Source: a virus
Taxonomy: Duplodnaviria; Caudoviricetes
Length of the DNA: 41,776 nucleotides
Direction: 5' to 3' (one strand)
IMG/VR virus record: IMGVR_UViG_3300033148_001348
Coordinates: 1 to 41,776 of that record
Position numbers and translations under genes: made by a program. This document shows, piece by piece, positions 27,032-36,906 of this stretch. The first letter of the stretch is position 1; each line of letters starts with the position of its first letter. The notes under the pieces were generated by a model that ran no database searches, was not told where the DNA came from, and worked only from the letters and a program-made list of their open reading frames with translations.

Positions 27032-27340
27032 TCACTTCCTCCTTCCGATCTTTTCAACTCGGATTGTATTTTCTTCATCCACCCACTTCCGCTTTTCTCC
27101 AGTCCTGACCCTGACAATCGGGTAGAGGATGAAATGATCTACCCGATCCCCGACGAAGTAATCCTGCACTGGCGGATCAGCCACCTTGTAGACATAGGAG
27201 AAATCATTTTCTGACTTCACCATGTGATAGCCGGGAACTATCTGTTTGTGCATCCCATACAACAGACTCAGCCCGACTGTCCTCTCCTTCTTTTCGACCT
27301 TAGGCTTTTCTGCCGGGTCGTCCATTCTTTTTCCAGTCAT
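27032..27340 (-). CDS. Hypothetical protein
   Basis: 102 aa in operon; GGAG RBS. Confidence 0.55.
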   Translation of the reverse strand: MTGKRMDDPAEKPKVEKKERTVGLSLLYGMHKQIVPGYHMVKSENDFSYVYKVADPPVQDYFVGDRVDHFILYPIVRVRTGEKRKWVDEENTIRVEKIGRRK

Positions 27341-27860
27341 TGATCAACTCCTCCATTTCCTCCAACTGTTTCTCACTCAATTTCTCACGAGCCATCTGCC
27401 ACAACTGGGCAATGATCTTCGCTGACTTCTTCGCCTTTTTCTTTTCTTCCTTCCATATCTGTTCAATGAACGTCCCGAACAAATCCTCACCCGGTGAAAC
27501 CAGAGCCGGGTTGCCTCCCTGCAACCCATACATCCTCGCCTTATCACTCTTCACACCATCACGAACCATGCGAGGAATGAATAACGCATCCCGATCCTCG
27601 TCATACTCCAAACGATGATGCTCAAGCAGACTTGCTTTGCTCTTTCTCCACGTTTGCCACGGGATTCTCAACGCATCGGGAATCTCTTTATCGGTCAACG
27701 CCTTCTTGCCATTCGTCACATATCCATAAGGACTGCCGAAATGAGCAAGCGACATCAGATCAATCAAGACTCCTCTCGCACTGGCATCACATAGCCTGAG
27801 GTGAGGATCAGCTAACCAAGTCTCAGCATAAAACTTCAACCAAGGCCGATCCTTTGCCAT
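27300..27860 (-). CDS. Phage replication initiator-like protein (DUF1376/YdaU-like)
   Basis: PWLKFY..WL.DP.LR.C...ARG..IDLM, RMVRD, G..GGNP motifs. Confidence 0.75.
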   Translation of the reverse strand: MAKDRPWLKFYAETWLADPHLRLCDASARGVLIDLMSLAHFGSPYGYVTNGKKALTDKEIPDALRIPWQTWRKSKASLLEHHRLEYDEDRDALFIPRMVRDGVKSDKARMYGLQGGNPALVSPGEDLFGTFIEQIWKEEKKKAKKSAKIIAQLWQMAREKLSEKQLEEMEELINDWKKNGRPGRKA

Positions 27861-27870
27861 CCTGTCCCCC

Positions 27871-28944
27871 TTACTTTTTTGGTGTTACCTTCGTCAACTT
27901 CGGAAAACTGATTTCCTTCTTGTACTTCTTCTTCACATCCTCTGGAACTGGGTACTGAGTCATTCCCTGAATCTTCACCTCGACATCAAACGATGGCAGG
28001 AGCAATGTTTTTGTCTCACCGACTTCCATCTCATCGCAGATCGTTTTCAGGTGATCCTTCAATTCCTTGTCAGCCTTCTTGAACACCTTCGATGCTTCCA
28101 GACATTCCATCCTGTTCACAAGGCAATCATGCAACTCAGTATCTCCCAACAGATTCTCGATCCCCGCAGTCTGATCCATATCAGGCAAACACACTCCGAG
28201 GAAATCACATCGACCACACACCCGACCTCTCCACTTGATCCGATCCGGCAGACTCTTCTCTTTTCCCTCATCTGTCTTGGCCCTCTTGAACTTCTCGACA
28301 CTCCTCTTCACAAGCCGAGCTTTCTTGACCAGACCCTCCGCATACTTCGGATCATAATCCAACGGGATGCCCTTGATCGCTCCGGTCTGTTTGTTCCTCC
28401 AGACGAACAACCCCTGCGGCACTTCCGCATAGTGACAATACATCGTCAACTGTGCCGGGTACTTGTTCACATACGTTGCCGGATCGGTGAGCATATCCTG
28501 AACTGAATTGATCTTGTTGTATGTCGCATCAGCCATCCCCTTCACCTCTGTCGGGATGTAACAAGACATCCTCTCTGTCTCTGTGTTCATCGGGAACTTG
28601 AGAACACAATCGATCCGCCCATGAACTCCATCATCATTCTCCGGCAACGGCACTTCCATCTGTTCAACCAATGTACTTCGCCATTGCTGATTGTCCCTGA
28701 ACGCATCCTGCAAGATTCGGACAACAGCCTCACCATGCTCATTCCCGACTTGGAAAAGCATTTTCAGTCTGGGCGTGATCTTCTTCTGCCTTCTCCATGC
28801 GACTTGGCGATAGCACAGATACCTCGGACAAGGATGCCCAAGCTCTGAGGCATAGATCGATGTCACCGGGTACTGTTTGATCTGATCCCCGAAAAATCCT
28901 TCAACTAGATTTGCGATATTTGGTAATTCAATTCTCTGTTGCAT
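27871..28944 (-). CDS. Cas4-like PD-(D/E)XK exonuclease (4-Cys Fe-S type)
   Basis: ASELG..CPR, GN..G, GRID, EVK, QL.MY, CGRCDF..VC motifs. Confidence 0.85.
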   Translation of the reverse strand: MQQRIELPNIANLVEGFFGDQIKQYPVTSIYASELGHPCPRYLCYRQVAWRRQKKITPRLKMLFQVGNEHGEAVVRILQDAFRDNQQWRSTLVEQMEVPLPENDDGVHGRIDCVLKFPMNTETERMSCYIPTEVKGMADATYNKINSVQDMLTDPATYVNKYPAQLTMYCHYAEVPQGLFVWRNKQTGAIKGIPLDYDPKYAEGLVKKARLVKRSVEKFKRAKTDEGKEKSLPDRIKWRGRVCGRCDFLGVCLPDMDQTAGIENLLGDTELHDCLVNRMECLEASKVFKKADKELKDHLKTICDEMEVGETKTLLLPSFDVEVKIQGMTQYPVPEDVKKKYKKEISFPKLTKVTPKK

Positions 28945-28962
28945 AATTCATCCCCTGTTGGC

Positions 28963-28999
28963 GGGAGCCCGGCATTTGCCGGACTCCCTTTGGCTGTCA
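28963..28999 (-). promoter_or_regulatory. TGACAGCCAA motif followed by an 11-bp hairpin
   Basis: Motif at 28999-28990; GGGAGTCCGGC-AAAT-GCCGGGCTCCC. Confidence 0.6.
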
Positions 29000-29002
29000 T
29001 TT

Positions 29003-29881
29003 CTATTCCATCGGAAGCGGATCATTCAACTGCTCATACGCTTCCTTGATCTGCTTGTGACTGATCTTCAACCCCTTCGCACTGATCGACTTGAATCCCT
29101 TCCATCCGGGGAAACCATTTTCCTTGTCGGACTTCGTGAGACTCTTCAACACATCAGTCGCATTTCCATACGGCTTCTCAGTCTCAGGATTCTTCACTCC
29201 CTGCTTCCAGAGGTCAGTACACATCCTCTGGATTTCATCTCTCATCACCTGATCCTCCTCAGAATCAGTTGACCCTCCCTGCTTCCCTCCTGTGCTTCCC
29301 TTGTAACCATCAGCCTTGCTGGTATCGACTCCGAGCTTCTTCAACTCTTCCTCACTCAACTTGCCAAGGCCAAGAGCCAAGAAAACACATTTCTTGAAGC
29401 ACTCGGTCTGAGCCGCTTGTCGGACATCCTGCTCATTCACTTCGCTCATCGGCTTGAACGACTCATTCACTTGGCCGAAAAACTTATCCCGTGAACTGAA
29501 CATCCCCGATGCCTCAACAACATCACCCGATCCAAAGGGCGGTGTGTAGCGACCATAAGCCTCGTACACATAGTAATCCCCCTGATCATCCTCCATCTTC
29601 TTCTTCAAGACGATAGGCACACCTTGGGCATCTTTCATGTACTCAAACTTCCCACCGAAAATGCGATACGCCTTCTTTGCGAAGTTCGCATTCCGACAGG
29701 GAGTCCCATGTACCAGATCGATGTCACCTGTTCCCGGCGTGGGATCGATCTTGCCATTGAGGACTTGATGCATCCTCTCGACAAGCTCCATCCGTTGGGT
29801 GATCACTTGATCCATCTCCATCAAGGTGATAGGCTTTACTATTGCCTGTTCCTCGACCTTCGCCACCTCTTGTCCATCCAT
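29003..29881 (-). CDS. Putative ssDNA-annealing/recombination protein
   Basis: Adjacent to the exonuclease; VRQAAQT...K..V..ALGLG helix resembles SSAP-like families. Confidence 0.55.
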   Translation of the reverse strand: MDGQEVAKVEEQAIVKPITLMEMDQVITQRMELVERMHQVLNGKIDPTPGTGDIDLVHGTPCRNANFAKKAYRIFGGKFEYMKDAQGVPIVLKKKMEDDQGDYYVYEAYGRYTPPFGSGDVVEASGMFSSRDKFFGQVNESFKPMSEVNEQDVRQAAQTECFKKCVFLALGLGKLSEEELKKLGVDTSKADGYKGSTGGKQGGSTDSEEDQVMRDEIQRMCTDLWKQGVKNPETEKPYGNATDVLKSLTKSDKENGFPGWKGFKSISAKGLKISHKQIKEAYEQLNDPLPME

Positions 29882-29891
29882 TGCTTTCTCC

Positions 29892-30152
29892 TCATACTTT
29901 GTGAAGCCGATCTTTCGGCACAGGTTTGAACTTCCTCTTCTTCTGTCTGATCACACCTCCTCTCATTTTCACATTATCCCCGACTCGGATCGCATACGCT
30001 CCCCGAATCAAATCTTCGATGCAAAGGCTTTCATTCCCCCGAAACGGAGGACCACTCGCTAACTCCTTCAACATCACATTCTTCACATCCGGCTCAACTG
30101 TTGCCGAGATGCGTTCCAACTTCACCTTCTTACTTTTCTTCATCCAACCCAT
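29892..30152 (-). CDS. Small basic DNA-binding protein (RHH-like)
   Basis: RISATVEPDV...L.......NESLCIEDLI beta-alpha-alpha pattern; start uncertain. Confidence 0.45.
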   Translation of the reverse strand: MGWMKKSKKVKLERISATVEPDVKNVMLKELASGPPFRGNESLCIEDLIRGAYAIRVGDNVKMRGGVIRQKKRKFKPVPKDRLHKV

Positions 30153-30702
30153 ACCTTTCCCGATGCGCTTTCGCTGTTCGTTCTGACTTCTCAATTCCCT
30201 TCTCGATCACAGACAAGAACTCCCTCTGTTCTCTGATCTTCTTCTCCATCGTGCAGAGCTTCCTTTCTTGTCTCATTAGGAAACGCCTCTTGGCCTGAAC
30301 CCTGTGATCCAATTCCTTCTGCCAATTCCGCCTCTTCTCCTCCGGCGATACATACTTGCCTTGCATGATGAGTTGAGCCTTCAACACTTCCTTCAACCTC
30401 TTCCGATTGACATCATATCTCTTGGCGAGATGGGTCGGTGTTACAAGATGCGCCATTACTTTCTCGATGTCTGCACCACTCATCTTGACACAGCACTCCC
30501 TTGCTTCATGCACCTTCATCGTGAATGCTGTTTTTCTGCCAACCTTTTTGTCGGTCTTATCAAAAAACTCTTTCAAGAATACATGGTGCTTGAGGGACTG
30601 CCTTCTGTCCCACTCCTTGAACGCCTCTGCCAACTGCATCTCCTCATCATAAGCCTCATTCAGAATCCCATCACCCAACAGGGCCTCATTTACTCTTTCC
30701 AT
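30130..30702 (-). CDS. Hypothetical coiled-coil protein
   Basis: 190 aa; GGAG RBS; purine-rich codon usage like its neighbours. Confidence 0.65.
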   Translation of the reverse strand: MERVNEALLGDGILNEAYDEEMQLAEAFKEWDRRQSLKHHVFLKEFFDKTDKKVGRKTAFTMKVHEARECCVKMSGADIEKVMAHLVTPTHLAKRYDVNRKRLKEVLKAQLIMQGKYVSPEEKRRNWQKELDHRVQAKRRFLMRQERKLCTMEKKIREQREFLSVIEKGIEKSERTAKAHRERYGLDEEK

Positions 30703-30985
30703 CAGGCTTCTCCTCTTCGTCTTCGTCGAGTTCCTCCTGTATCGATTTCAATCTCCTCTTCTTCGCCATCCTCTTTGCCTTCTCGACCATCTTCGGATCA
30801 AGCCCCTTGGCACACTTCTCGCAGAACAACTTCATCCCACCAGATATCGCATCCGGCAACATCACCCAACCGATGGGCAACGCCATTGTGACATCAACCA
30901 TCGACACATCAGTTGTGATCGGGTCTTGCACCACCTTACTGGTCGAACACTCCACCACACTGCATCCCCAAGTTACATTGAACAT
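30686..30985 (-). CDS. Hypothetical Zn-binding protein
   Basis: CxxxxC..PIGW..FCEKC. Confidence 0.6.
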   Translation of the reverse strand: MFNVTWGCSVVECSTSKVVQDPITTDVSMVDVTMALPIGWVMLPDAISGGMKLFCEKCAKGLDPKMVEKAKRMAKKRRLKSIQEELDEDEEEKPDGKSK

Positions 30986-31455
30986 CTCGATCTCCTCTCC
31001 ATCACTTTCTCTGTTGATTTAATTCTCCGCACCCACTTCTTCACTTCCCTCTCCGCCTTCTCCTTCTTCTTCAACCAGTTGATCAGGTTCTTCTCAGCCA
31101 GATTCAACTTCTCCTCCGGCTCACGATCCTGCCACCGCTTGATCTTCCTCTTCTTCCTTTTCTTGACCTCATGCGTTCCGGCCATGATCTTCTGGGCTCT
31201 GACTACCTTCGCCAATGCCACTACGCTCACACCATGCTTCCTTGCGATATGTGGCATCGTTCTCAAATGCTCACCACACCCAACCTCAGTCTGGTAAGAT
31301 AACTTGCAACAAGACTGCCTCTCTCCCTTGATTGGAACAAACCTTTGCTTTTGTGTTCTCCTCCACGGTTTCACCACTGTCGGTGGCAGGTTGTAATACG
31401 GCATCGCATTTCGCTCCTTCCACTCCTGATAGGCTGTCACAACTGCATCACTCAT
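30973..31455 (-). CDS. Basic hypothetical protein
   Basis: 160 aa; AAGGAG RBS. Confidence 0.65.
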   Translation of the reverse strand: MSDAVVTAYQEWKERNAMPYYNLPPTVVKPWRRTQKQRFVPIKGERQSCCKLSYQTEVGCGEHLRTMPHIARKHGVSVVALAKVVRAQKIMAGTHEVKKRKKRKIKRWQDREPEEKLNLAEKNLINWLKKKEKAEREVKKWVRRIKSTEKVMERRSRCSM

Positions 31456-31521
31456 CTTAATCTCCTTTCATCGGCCCGGTGGGTGGTCGCCCCTTTCACG
31501 GCTCACACCCACCTGCCTCTG

Positions 31522-33126
31522 TTACAATTCCATCCTGATCGTCTTACCAACAGGAGCGACGGTATCAGTGGTCATTAACCACAACACCGGACAAGATAAT
31601 TTCTCCGGCCAACTACAGACACCACCATCTGTCAGCACAACCAACAACCTTGTCCCATCCCTTCTGCATTCCTCGATCACCTCCGAGAAATCAGTTCCAC
31701 CTCTGCCACTCCAAGTCCACTCGCTCAGATCGATTGGCAGATGTTCCATCCTGATCTTCTTCCTCGCTGTGATCCTCGTATCGAATTGGATGAACTCGAT
31801 CTCCGTATCAGGGAATGTTTTGATGATCATCTCACATTCAGGAAGAATCAGATTCATCTCACGCTGTCCCATACTTCCAGAACAGTCACAAGCGATCTTG
31901 ATCTGACCGAGACTGCGATCCATGCAACTCGGCATGATCACATCAGCACGATGCCCGTGCCTTCTGTTCGGTCTGCGATAACTATATCCGGTTCTCGCTA
32001 CCGATTGAAGGAATGGCCTGAGAGCAAGATTCCAAGGAACTTGCGACACCCCAAGCATCTCAGTGATCCTCTCCTCGATCTCTCCGGGCAACTTCCCGGC
32101 TTCCTTTCCTGCGATGATGGCCTGACTCACCATTGTCTCCCAGTCCTGCCTCGCCTCTTCCAACTCCTCCTCGGTCTTGGCAGGATGCGGGTCTACTGTT
32201 CCGAAGGACTTGTCTCCCATGACATCAGCCCCTCCACTTTGTTGATCCTGATCTTTCCCTCTGCCACCAGTCGATCCAGCTTCTTGATCACTATCATCCT
32301 CTGTGCCTTGACCAGAGCATCCGGCTGAGTCTCCACTGTTGTCACCACTCTCAGCTCCACCTGATCCATTCGACTCCTGTTCTCCTGAGTCGCTATCTGA
32401 TGCCCCTCCACTGTCACCTCCCTGATCAGATTCACTATCTCGTTGATCTGATTGTGACTGGTCTTGGGATCGGCCATTGGATTCCTCTTGATCTCCACCT
32501 CGATCACCACTGCTGTCAGACTGTCCATCGCCTTCTTCATCATCTCCTCCCTCGTCAGACCTGCCGCCATCCCCATCGCATCCAGAGCGTGATCCAACAC
32601 TCTCTCCTTCTCCCCCTTCGCTCCCTTCACCGCTTCCGCTAGACTCAGGGTTGCTCGGTAATCTGTGATAGTAGGCTTCTGCATTTAATCCCTCCGGCAT
32701 ATCTTCAAACCCTGTCCGACCTGCGACTGCGGCATCCTCAGGGAAGCCCGGCATATCTTTCAGGAACTCATTGATGGCAAGATCAGCGGCGATGTTGAAC
32801 TTCATCTTGTCACGATCACCCATCTCCATCACACCGACCCTCCCACCCATCTCGATCTTCTCCCTCTCGGCCAATCTGATCGAATGGCAGAATGCAATGT
32901 GATCCGCTTCGTGTTTGAGGATAACTTCGATTGCCTGATCATTCAGTGTCTCGACGAAATCAGGATTAAAGCACAACGTCACTCCATTCGTCCTGAACGT
33001 TCCCGTGAACACCCGATCCTCCACAAGCTCCTGCTTCAACAGGATCGTTGCATAGAACGGCTCATCCCTCATCACACCGATCAACGCTCTCTGTATTCTC
33101 TCCATCGCTGTCAGTTGCTTCTTCAT
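31522..33126 (-). CDS. DUF2201 metallopeptidase-like N-domain plus vWA domain protein
   Basis: HEADH, NIAADLAIN, acidic linker, DCSGSM MIDAS, GRGGTDF, VLTDG. Confidence 0.92.
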   Translation of the reverse strand: MKKQLTAMERIQRALIGVMRDEPFYATILLKQELVEDRVFTGTFRTNGVTLCFNPDFVETLNDQAIEVILKHEADHIAFCHSIRLAEREKIEMGGRVGVMEMGDRDKMKFNIAADLAINEFLKDMPGFPEDAAVAGRTGFEDMPEGLNAEAYYHRLPSNPESSGSGEGSEGGEGESVGSRSGCDGDGGRSDEGGDDEEGDGQSDSSGDRGGDQEESNGRSQDQSQSDQRDSESDQGGDSGGASDSDSGEQESNGSGGAESGDNSGDSAGCSGQGTEDDSDQEAGSTGGRGKDQDQQSGGADVMGDKSFGTVDPHPAKTEEELEEARQDWETMVSQAIIAGKEAGKLPGEIEERITEMLGVSQVPWNLALRPFLQSVARTGYSYRRPNRRHGHRADVIMPSCMDRSLGQIKIACDCSGSMGQREMNLILPECEMIIKTFPDTEIEFIQFDTRITARKKIRMEHLPIDLSEWTWSGRGGTDFSEVIEECRRDGTRLLVVLTDGGVCSWPEKLSCPVLWLMTTDTVAPVGKTIRMEL

Positions 33127-33998
33127 CGTAATCCTTTCCCGAATCCATCCAGATCAGCCATGATGCCCTTTGCCTTCTTCTTCACATCCTGCCTCACCTG
33201 ATCGCTCTCCCTGAGAGCTATGGTGGACACAGAGGCGATCTCAGCCTTCACCTGATCGATGATCTTCGTGATCTTCTTATCATTAGTGATATTCAGTTGC
33301 GGTAGAACCTCGACCATTCTCTTGACCTGATCCCACAGCCCCTTGTACTTCGTCCCCTTGGGATTCTTGTCCATTCTCTCGATCACTGAATTGATCACCT
33401 CTCTCATCCTCCCGATCACTTCACTCATCGCCTTCTTCACCTGTGCATCATATCTCTGAGCAACTTCGTTCTTGATCTCCCTCATGGCTTCCTCGGCCAA
33501 TCCATCAATGCGAATGTCCCCGACCCTCTGCACTGATGTCGTGGTGATCTCCACATCATACTTGTCAGCCAGATTCTCCGATGTCGGGAATCTCCTTTCA
33601 TCAAACAGATCACCGAGCCTCTTCTTGGCTTCCTTCCTGACCTGATCGATATTGTCCAGAAGCCGATTCACTGGCGGCTCCCACAATTCCTTTCGCATCT
33701 TGGCCACTTCGGCCATCAGCTTCGGGTACTTCTCCGATGGGCAGATTCTCCATCCACCATCTTCCCAAGGCAGAGTGTGTTCATACCAATACTGCCTCAA
33801 CACATTCATGCCGTGCTGAATCGGAGCTTGATACTCCTTCGCCAACTGTTTCACTTTCACATCCACCGTGCCGGCCTCTGCTCCGTGTTTCGATTCCACA
33901 GTCTCCTCTGCCTTCTTCATCCTCACCGATCCGAGCCAAGCTGAAATCTTCAACTTGACCAGAACCATATCCTCAACAACTGATATGTTGTGTGTCAT
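33123..33998 (-). CDS. DUF3150-like protein
   Basis: LV.L.IS.W.G, TLPWEDGGWR..P, LG.LF....FP motifs; usual MoxR/vWA neighbour. Confidence 0.7.
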   Translation of the reverse strand: MTHNISVVEDMVLVKLKISAWLGSVRMKKAEETVESKHGAEAGTVDVKVKQLAKEYQAPIQHGMNVLRQYWYEHTLPWEDGGWRICPSEKYPKLMAEVAKMRKELWEPPVNRLLDNIDQVRKEAKKRLGDLFDERRFPTSENLADKYDVEITTTSVQRVGDIRIDGLAEEAMREIKNEVAQRYDAQVKKAMSEVIGRMREVINSVIERMDKNPKGTKYKGLWDQVKRMVEVLPQLNITNDKKITKIIDQVKAEIASVSTIALRESDQVRQDVKKKAKGIMADLDGFGKGLR

Positions 33999-34019
33999 TT
34001 TTCATCTCCATTTGATCTC

Positions 34020-34604
34020 TTATATTCCATCCAAGACTTCTTTCTTGAATCCCTTCCAACTCTGCACATGAACAATCACATCATCCGACCCCTTCAACAA
34101 TTCTCTCAAGCCGAGAATCAATTGCGCCTGTCGGAATGGGTCTGCCTCTCTTTCGGCAACCCCTGTGATGTTTGCATCCACTGTCCAACTCTTTTCCTCC
34201 CCCCACTTCACCACACAATGAGGCCACACCCGCCTTGCGATCTGTTCCACTCTCCTTCGATGTGGCATCACACCTAACCCTCTCTCTCTCCTCAGAACTA
34301 TCAAGAGATTTAGATTGAACTTTTCAACATCGATCACCTTGCCCCTTATCTCTAAATGTGCTCCATCCCCCACGATGTCCGACACCGTTGTCACATAAAT
34401 GGTCTTGCCATCTATCTCTATCCGATCCCCGGGATTGATTGGTTGGCTATTTTTTGCCAACAACCTTCCACTGACCATCGATGAACCATTCTGGACAGCT
34501 ACCACCTGCCCCTTCTGATCCATTACCTCCACTTCATCTCTCTCTTCTTCCATGCCCAAGACAATTCCATACGTTCCTCCAGAGGTGCCGAATCTAATTG
34601 TCAC
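34020..34604 (-). CDS. Tail-tube-paralogue domain fused to an unknown C-terminal domain
   Basis: GTG 34604 after GGAGG; N-terminal ~95 aa aligns by eye to 10373..10735. Confidence 0.65.
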   Translation of the reverse strand: MTIRFGTSGGTYGIVLGMEEERDEVEVMDQKGQVVAVQNGSSMVSGRLLAKNSQPINPGDRIEIDGKTIYVTTVSDIVGDGAHLEIRGKVIDVEKFNLNLLIVLRRERGLGVMPHRRRVEQIARRVWPHCVVKWGEEKSWTVDANITGVAEREADPFRQAQLILGLRELLKGSDDVIVHVQSWKGFKKEVLDGI

Positions 34605-35046
34605 TGTCCACCTCCCTCCATCTCTTATCCCAGAGGAGTTCAATCATCAGCTTTGTTTCGTGAGCCATCCTTCCCCCCACTATGCTCATCCCGAAATAGT
34701 CCTGATCCATCACTCTCTCCATCTGTCCGATCAACATTGCCTCCGCCAACTTATCGGTTGGCCTCTTGTAATAATTCACCTTGAACAACAGCAGGTAGAG
34801 CCTCTGGCCTGTCGCAAGAAATCCATCTGCGACACCGACACGATCACACCCCTCAAACTCCCCCTTCATCATCTTGGTCAACTCAGCATCCACATGCCAG
34901 ATCAAGGAACTGCCCAACGAGAACTCATCGCCATTGTCACTATCTTCCAATATGGCGAATTGCACAGGCAGGGCATATCCCCTGACGAATACCCCCCTGT
35001 GCTTCTTCACCTGTTTGGTCAACATCGTCCCGATGTCTCTCTTCAC
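34594..35046 (-). CDS. Hypothetical protein
   Basis: 150 aa, GTGA-coupled to the AAA gene. Confidence 0.65.
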   Translation of the reverse strand: MKRDIGTMLTKQVKKHRGVFVRGYALPVQFAILEDSDNGDEFSLGSSLIWHVDAELTKMMKGEFEGCDRVGVADGFLATGQRLYLLLFKVNYYKRPTDKLAEAMLIGQMERVMDQDYFGMSIVGGRMAHETKLMIELLWDKRWREVDSDN

Positions 35047-36101
35047 GATAGCACCACTTTGTTCTCCTCAACCCATTTGAGGTAGCTCTTGGTGGCGATC
35101 ACTTTCGGGCATTTCTCTCCGAGCCTTAACAGCACGAATGCACAAATCTCTTTCGGCATTCTGACGGCATACTTCACAACGGCCTCGGCCTTCTCTCCTT
35201 CATCCGGTTGCACATGGCCAAGCAATGCGATCCCGACTGCATAGAGGATACCCGGCTGATCCGGTACATCGGCTGTCTCAGGATTCTTTATGATCTCAAG
35301 AGGATCAGGACAGGCATCAACCATCTTCTTATATCCCATCAACTCAACAGCCACAGCCTTCCCCACCACACCCGATAGGCACGGCATCAAGATGTCTGCT
35401 GTCTTGAACTCAACCTCCTCAGAGGCTATGAGAATGGCATCAGCCATGTCCCGTGTACGACTCGTCGCCAAGGACAACTCTTCAAAGTCCTCGTGAGCTT
35501 CTATCAACTCCGGCCTGAACCGTGCGAACCCTCTCATCAACGGACTGATCCCTTCACGCTCTGCCCAGTTGTCCCATGACTCCAGTGTCCCTTGGGCATT
35601 ACTGCTCACATACAATGTGCAGACCCGTGTCCTTGCGGCCATCGACAATGGTGTGGTGTAGATGTCACTCTCACCATTCATCGTCATGATCATATAGGCA
35701 TCCTTTGAAATCTCATGCCCATGAATCTCACCACCGAGAAGCAGTTGCAAGAAACTGTTCTGCACATCAGGCTTGGCCCGATCAAACTCATCAGCCAAGA
35801 TCACACCTTTATCATCACAATCGAAAGGCAAGAACTCCGGTGCGAGATGTCTGAGCTTACCATCCACAGGAACTGGCACTCCGAAATCGCTCGGCTCCAT
35901 CACCGAGGCAATCAGCTTCCACAGCTTATAGCCATTCCCTGTCGCCTGATTCAACTCCTCGACGAACTCAACCACAGCAGTCGTCTTACCTGATCCAACA
36001 CCACCGACCACATTGCACGGGATTCCTGCTCTCCATAGAAGGGCAAAGCATCTCTTCAACTGGTCGATGTTCACAAACGCAACTTTTCCACTCTTCGTCA
36101 T
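35043..36101 (-). CDS. MoxR-like AAA+ ATPase
   Basis: Walker A GGVGSGKT, Walker B ILADEFDRA, LQLLL.G.I, TMN sensor; start at ATG 36101. Confidence 0.9.
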   Translation of the reverse strand: MTKSGKVAFVNIDQLKRCFALLWRAGIPCNVVGGVGSGKTTAVVEFVEELNQATGNGYKLWKLIASVMEPSDFGVPVPVDGKLRHLAPEFLPFDCDDKGVILADEFDRAKPDVQNSFLQLLLGGEIHGHEISKDAYMIMTMNGESDIYTTPLSMAARTRVCTLYVSSNAQGTLESWDNWAEREGISPLMRGFARFRPELIEAHEDFEELSLATSRTRDMADAILIASEEVEFKTADILMPCLSGVVGKAVAVELMGYKKMVDACPDPLEIIKNPETADVPDQPGILYAVGIALLGHVQPDEGEKAEAVVKYAVRMPKEICAFVLLRLGEKCPKVIATKSYLKWVEENKVVLS

Positions 36102-36117
36102 TTCAATCTCCTCTGTT

Positions 36118-36155
36118 TTGGCTGTCACAACAAAGGGGGAGCGACTGCCCCCCCC
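36118..36155 (-). terminator. Terminator-like hairpin abutting a GTGACAGCCAA motif
   Basis: GGGGGGGC-AGTC-GCTCCCCC-TTTGTT then GTGACAGCCAA (36128-36118). Confidence 0.6.
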
Positions 36156-36177
36156 GATCCTTCATCACTCTCTTCCA

Positions 36178-36867
36178 CTACCAGTGTACTAGATCGTACA
36201 CGGCTTCCTCGATTGAATCACAATCCCGAACTGTCAGGTTCGTCGCACTTGGCCCATACTGGCCATCGCCTACGAATCCACAGACAATCAAGCTGTAATC
36301 CAACTTCCCCTCTTTCTCTGTTCCCTTGTACCACGGCTTCTCTTCCACCTTCGGCATCACCAACACAGTCATTGGCTTGTCTGATCTCCCATTCGCAAAA
36401 GAGAGGACAAACACTTTCCCACACTCCGAGCCGACTTGCTCCTTGGATTCCCACATCTCCTTGCCCTTGTAGGCCCAGAATGCGGCGACCTTCGCTTCAT
36501 ACTCCTTCTGCTTCTTCTCGGCGGCTTCCTTCTCTTTTGTCTGCTTCTTCCTCTGCTCATCGATCCTCTTGATCTCCCTCGCATCCTGAACCCTGATCAT
36601 CTTCAAGGCATCATCTTCTTCGGTCAGATACCGTGCATCGCAATACTTGAATGTGCCATGCCCCTTTCCAACCCTGCGTAGGCTCTTCTCTGAATACCCC
36701 TCCTTGAACCTAAGCTCCCAGAACCTCTGCTCCGATCCATCCTTTACAAAGGGAGGCTTGACCACGATCTGTTTCGCTGTCTTTTTGATAACCTTACCAA
36801 TGTAATCATCCCCACGATTCTCGATCACGATTGCATCACCGACTTTGATTTTCTCGAACTTCGTCAT
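36178..36867 (-). CDS. Hypothetical early protein
   Basis: 229 aa; AGGAG RBS preceded by the TGACAGCCAA motif. Confidence 0.75.
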   Translation of the reverse strand: MTKFEKIKVGDAIVIENRGDDYIGKVIKKTAKQIVVKPPFVKDGSEQRFWELRFKEGYSEKSLRRVGKGHGTFKYCDARYLTEEDDALKMIRVQDAREIKRIDEQRKKQTKEKEAAEKKQKEYEAKVAAFWAYKGKEMWESKEQVGSECGKVFVLSFANGRSDKPMTVLVMPKVEEKPWYKGTEKEGKLDYSLIVCGFVGDGQYGPSATNLTVRDCDSIEEAVYDLVHW

Positions 36868-36906
36868 TGTCTTTCTCCTGTTTCTTTTTTGGCTGTCACT
36901 TACTTC

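Noticed and set aside
27871-28944. Cas4-like gene as evidence of a CRISPR-Cas system
   Set aside because: No array or other cas genes; it sits beside an annealing protein as a typical phage recombination exonuclease
32193-32684. 163-aa alternative-frame minus-strand ORF nested in the vWA gene
   Set aside because: Coincides with the low-complexity purine-rich linker where stops are scarce; no RBS or motif
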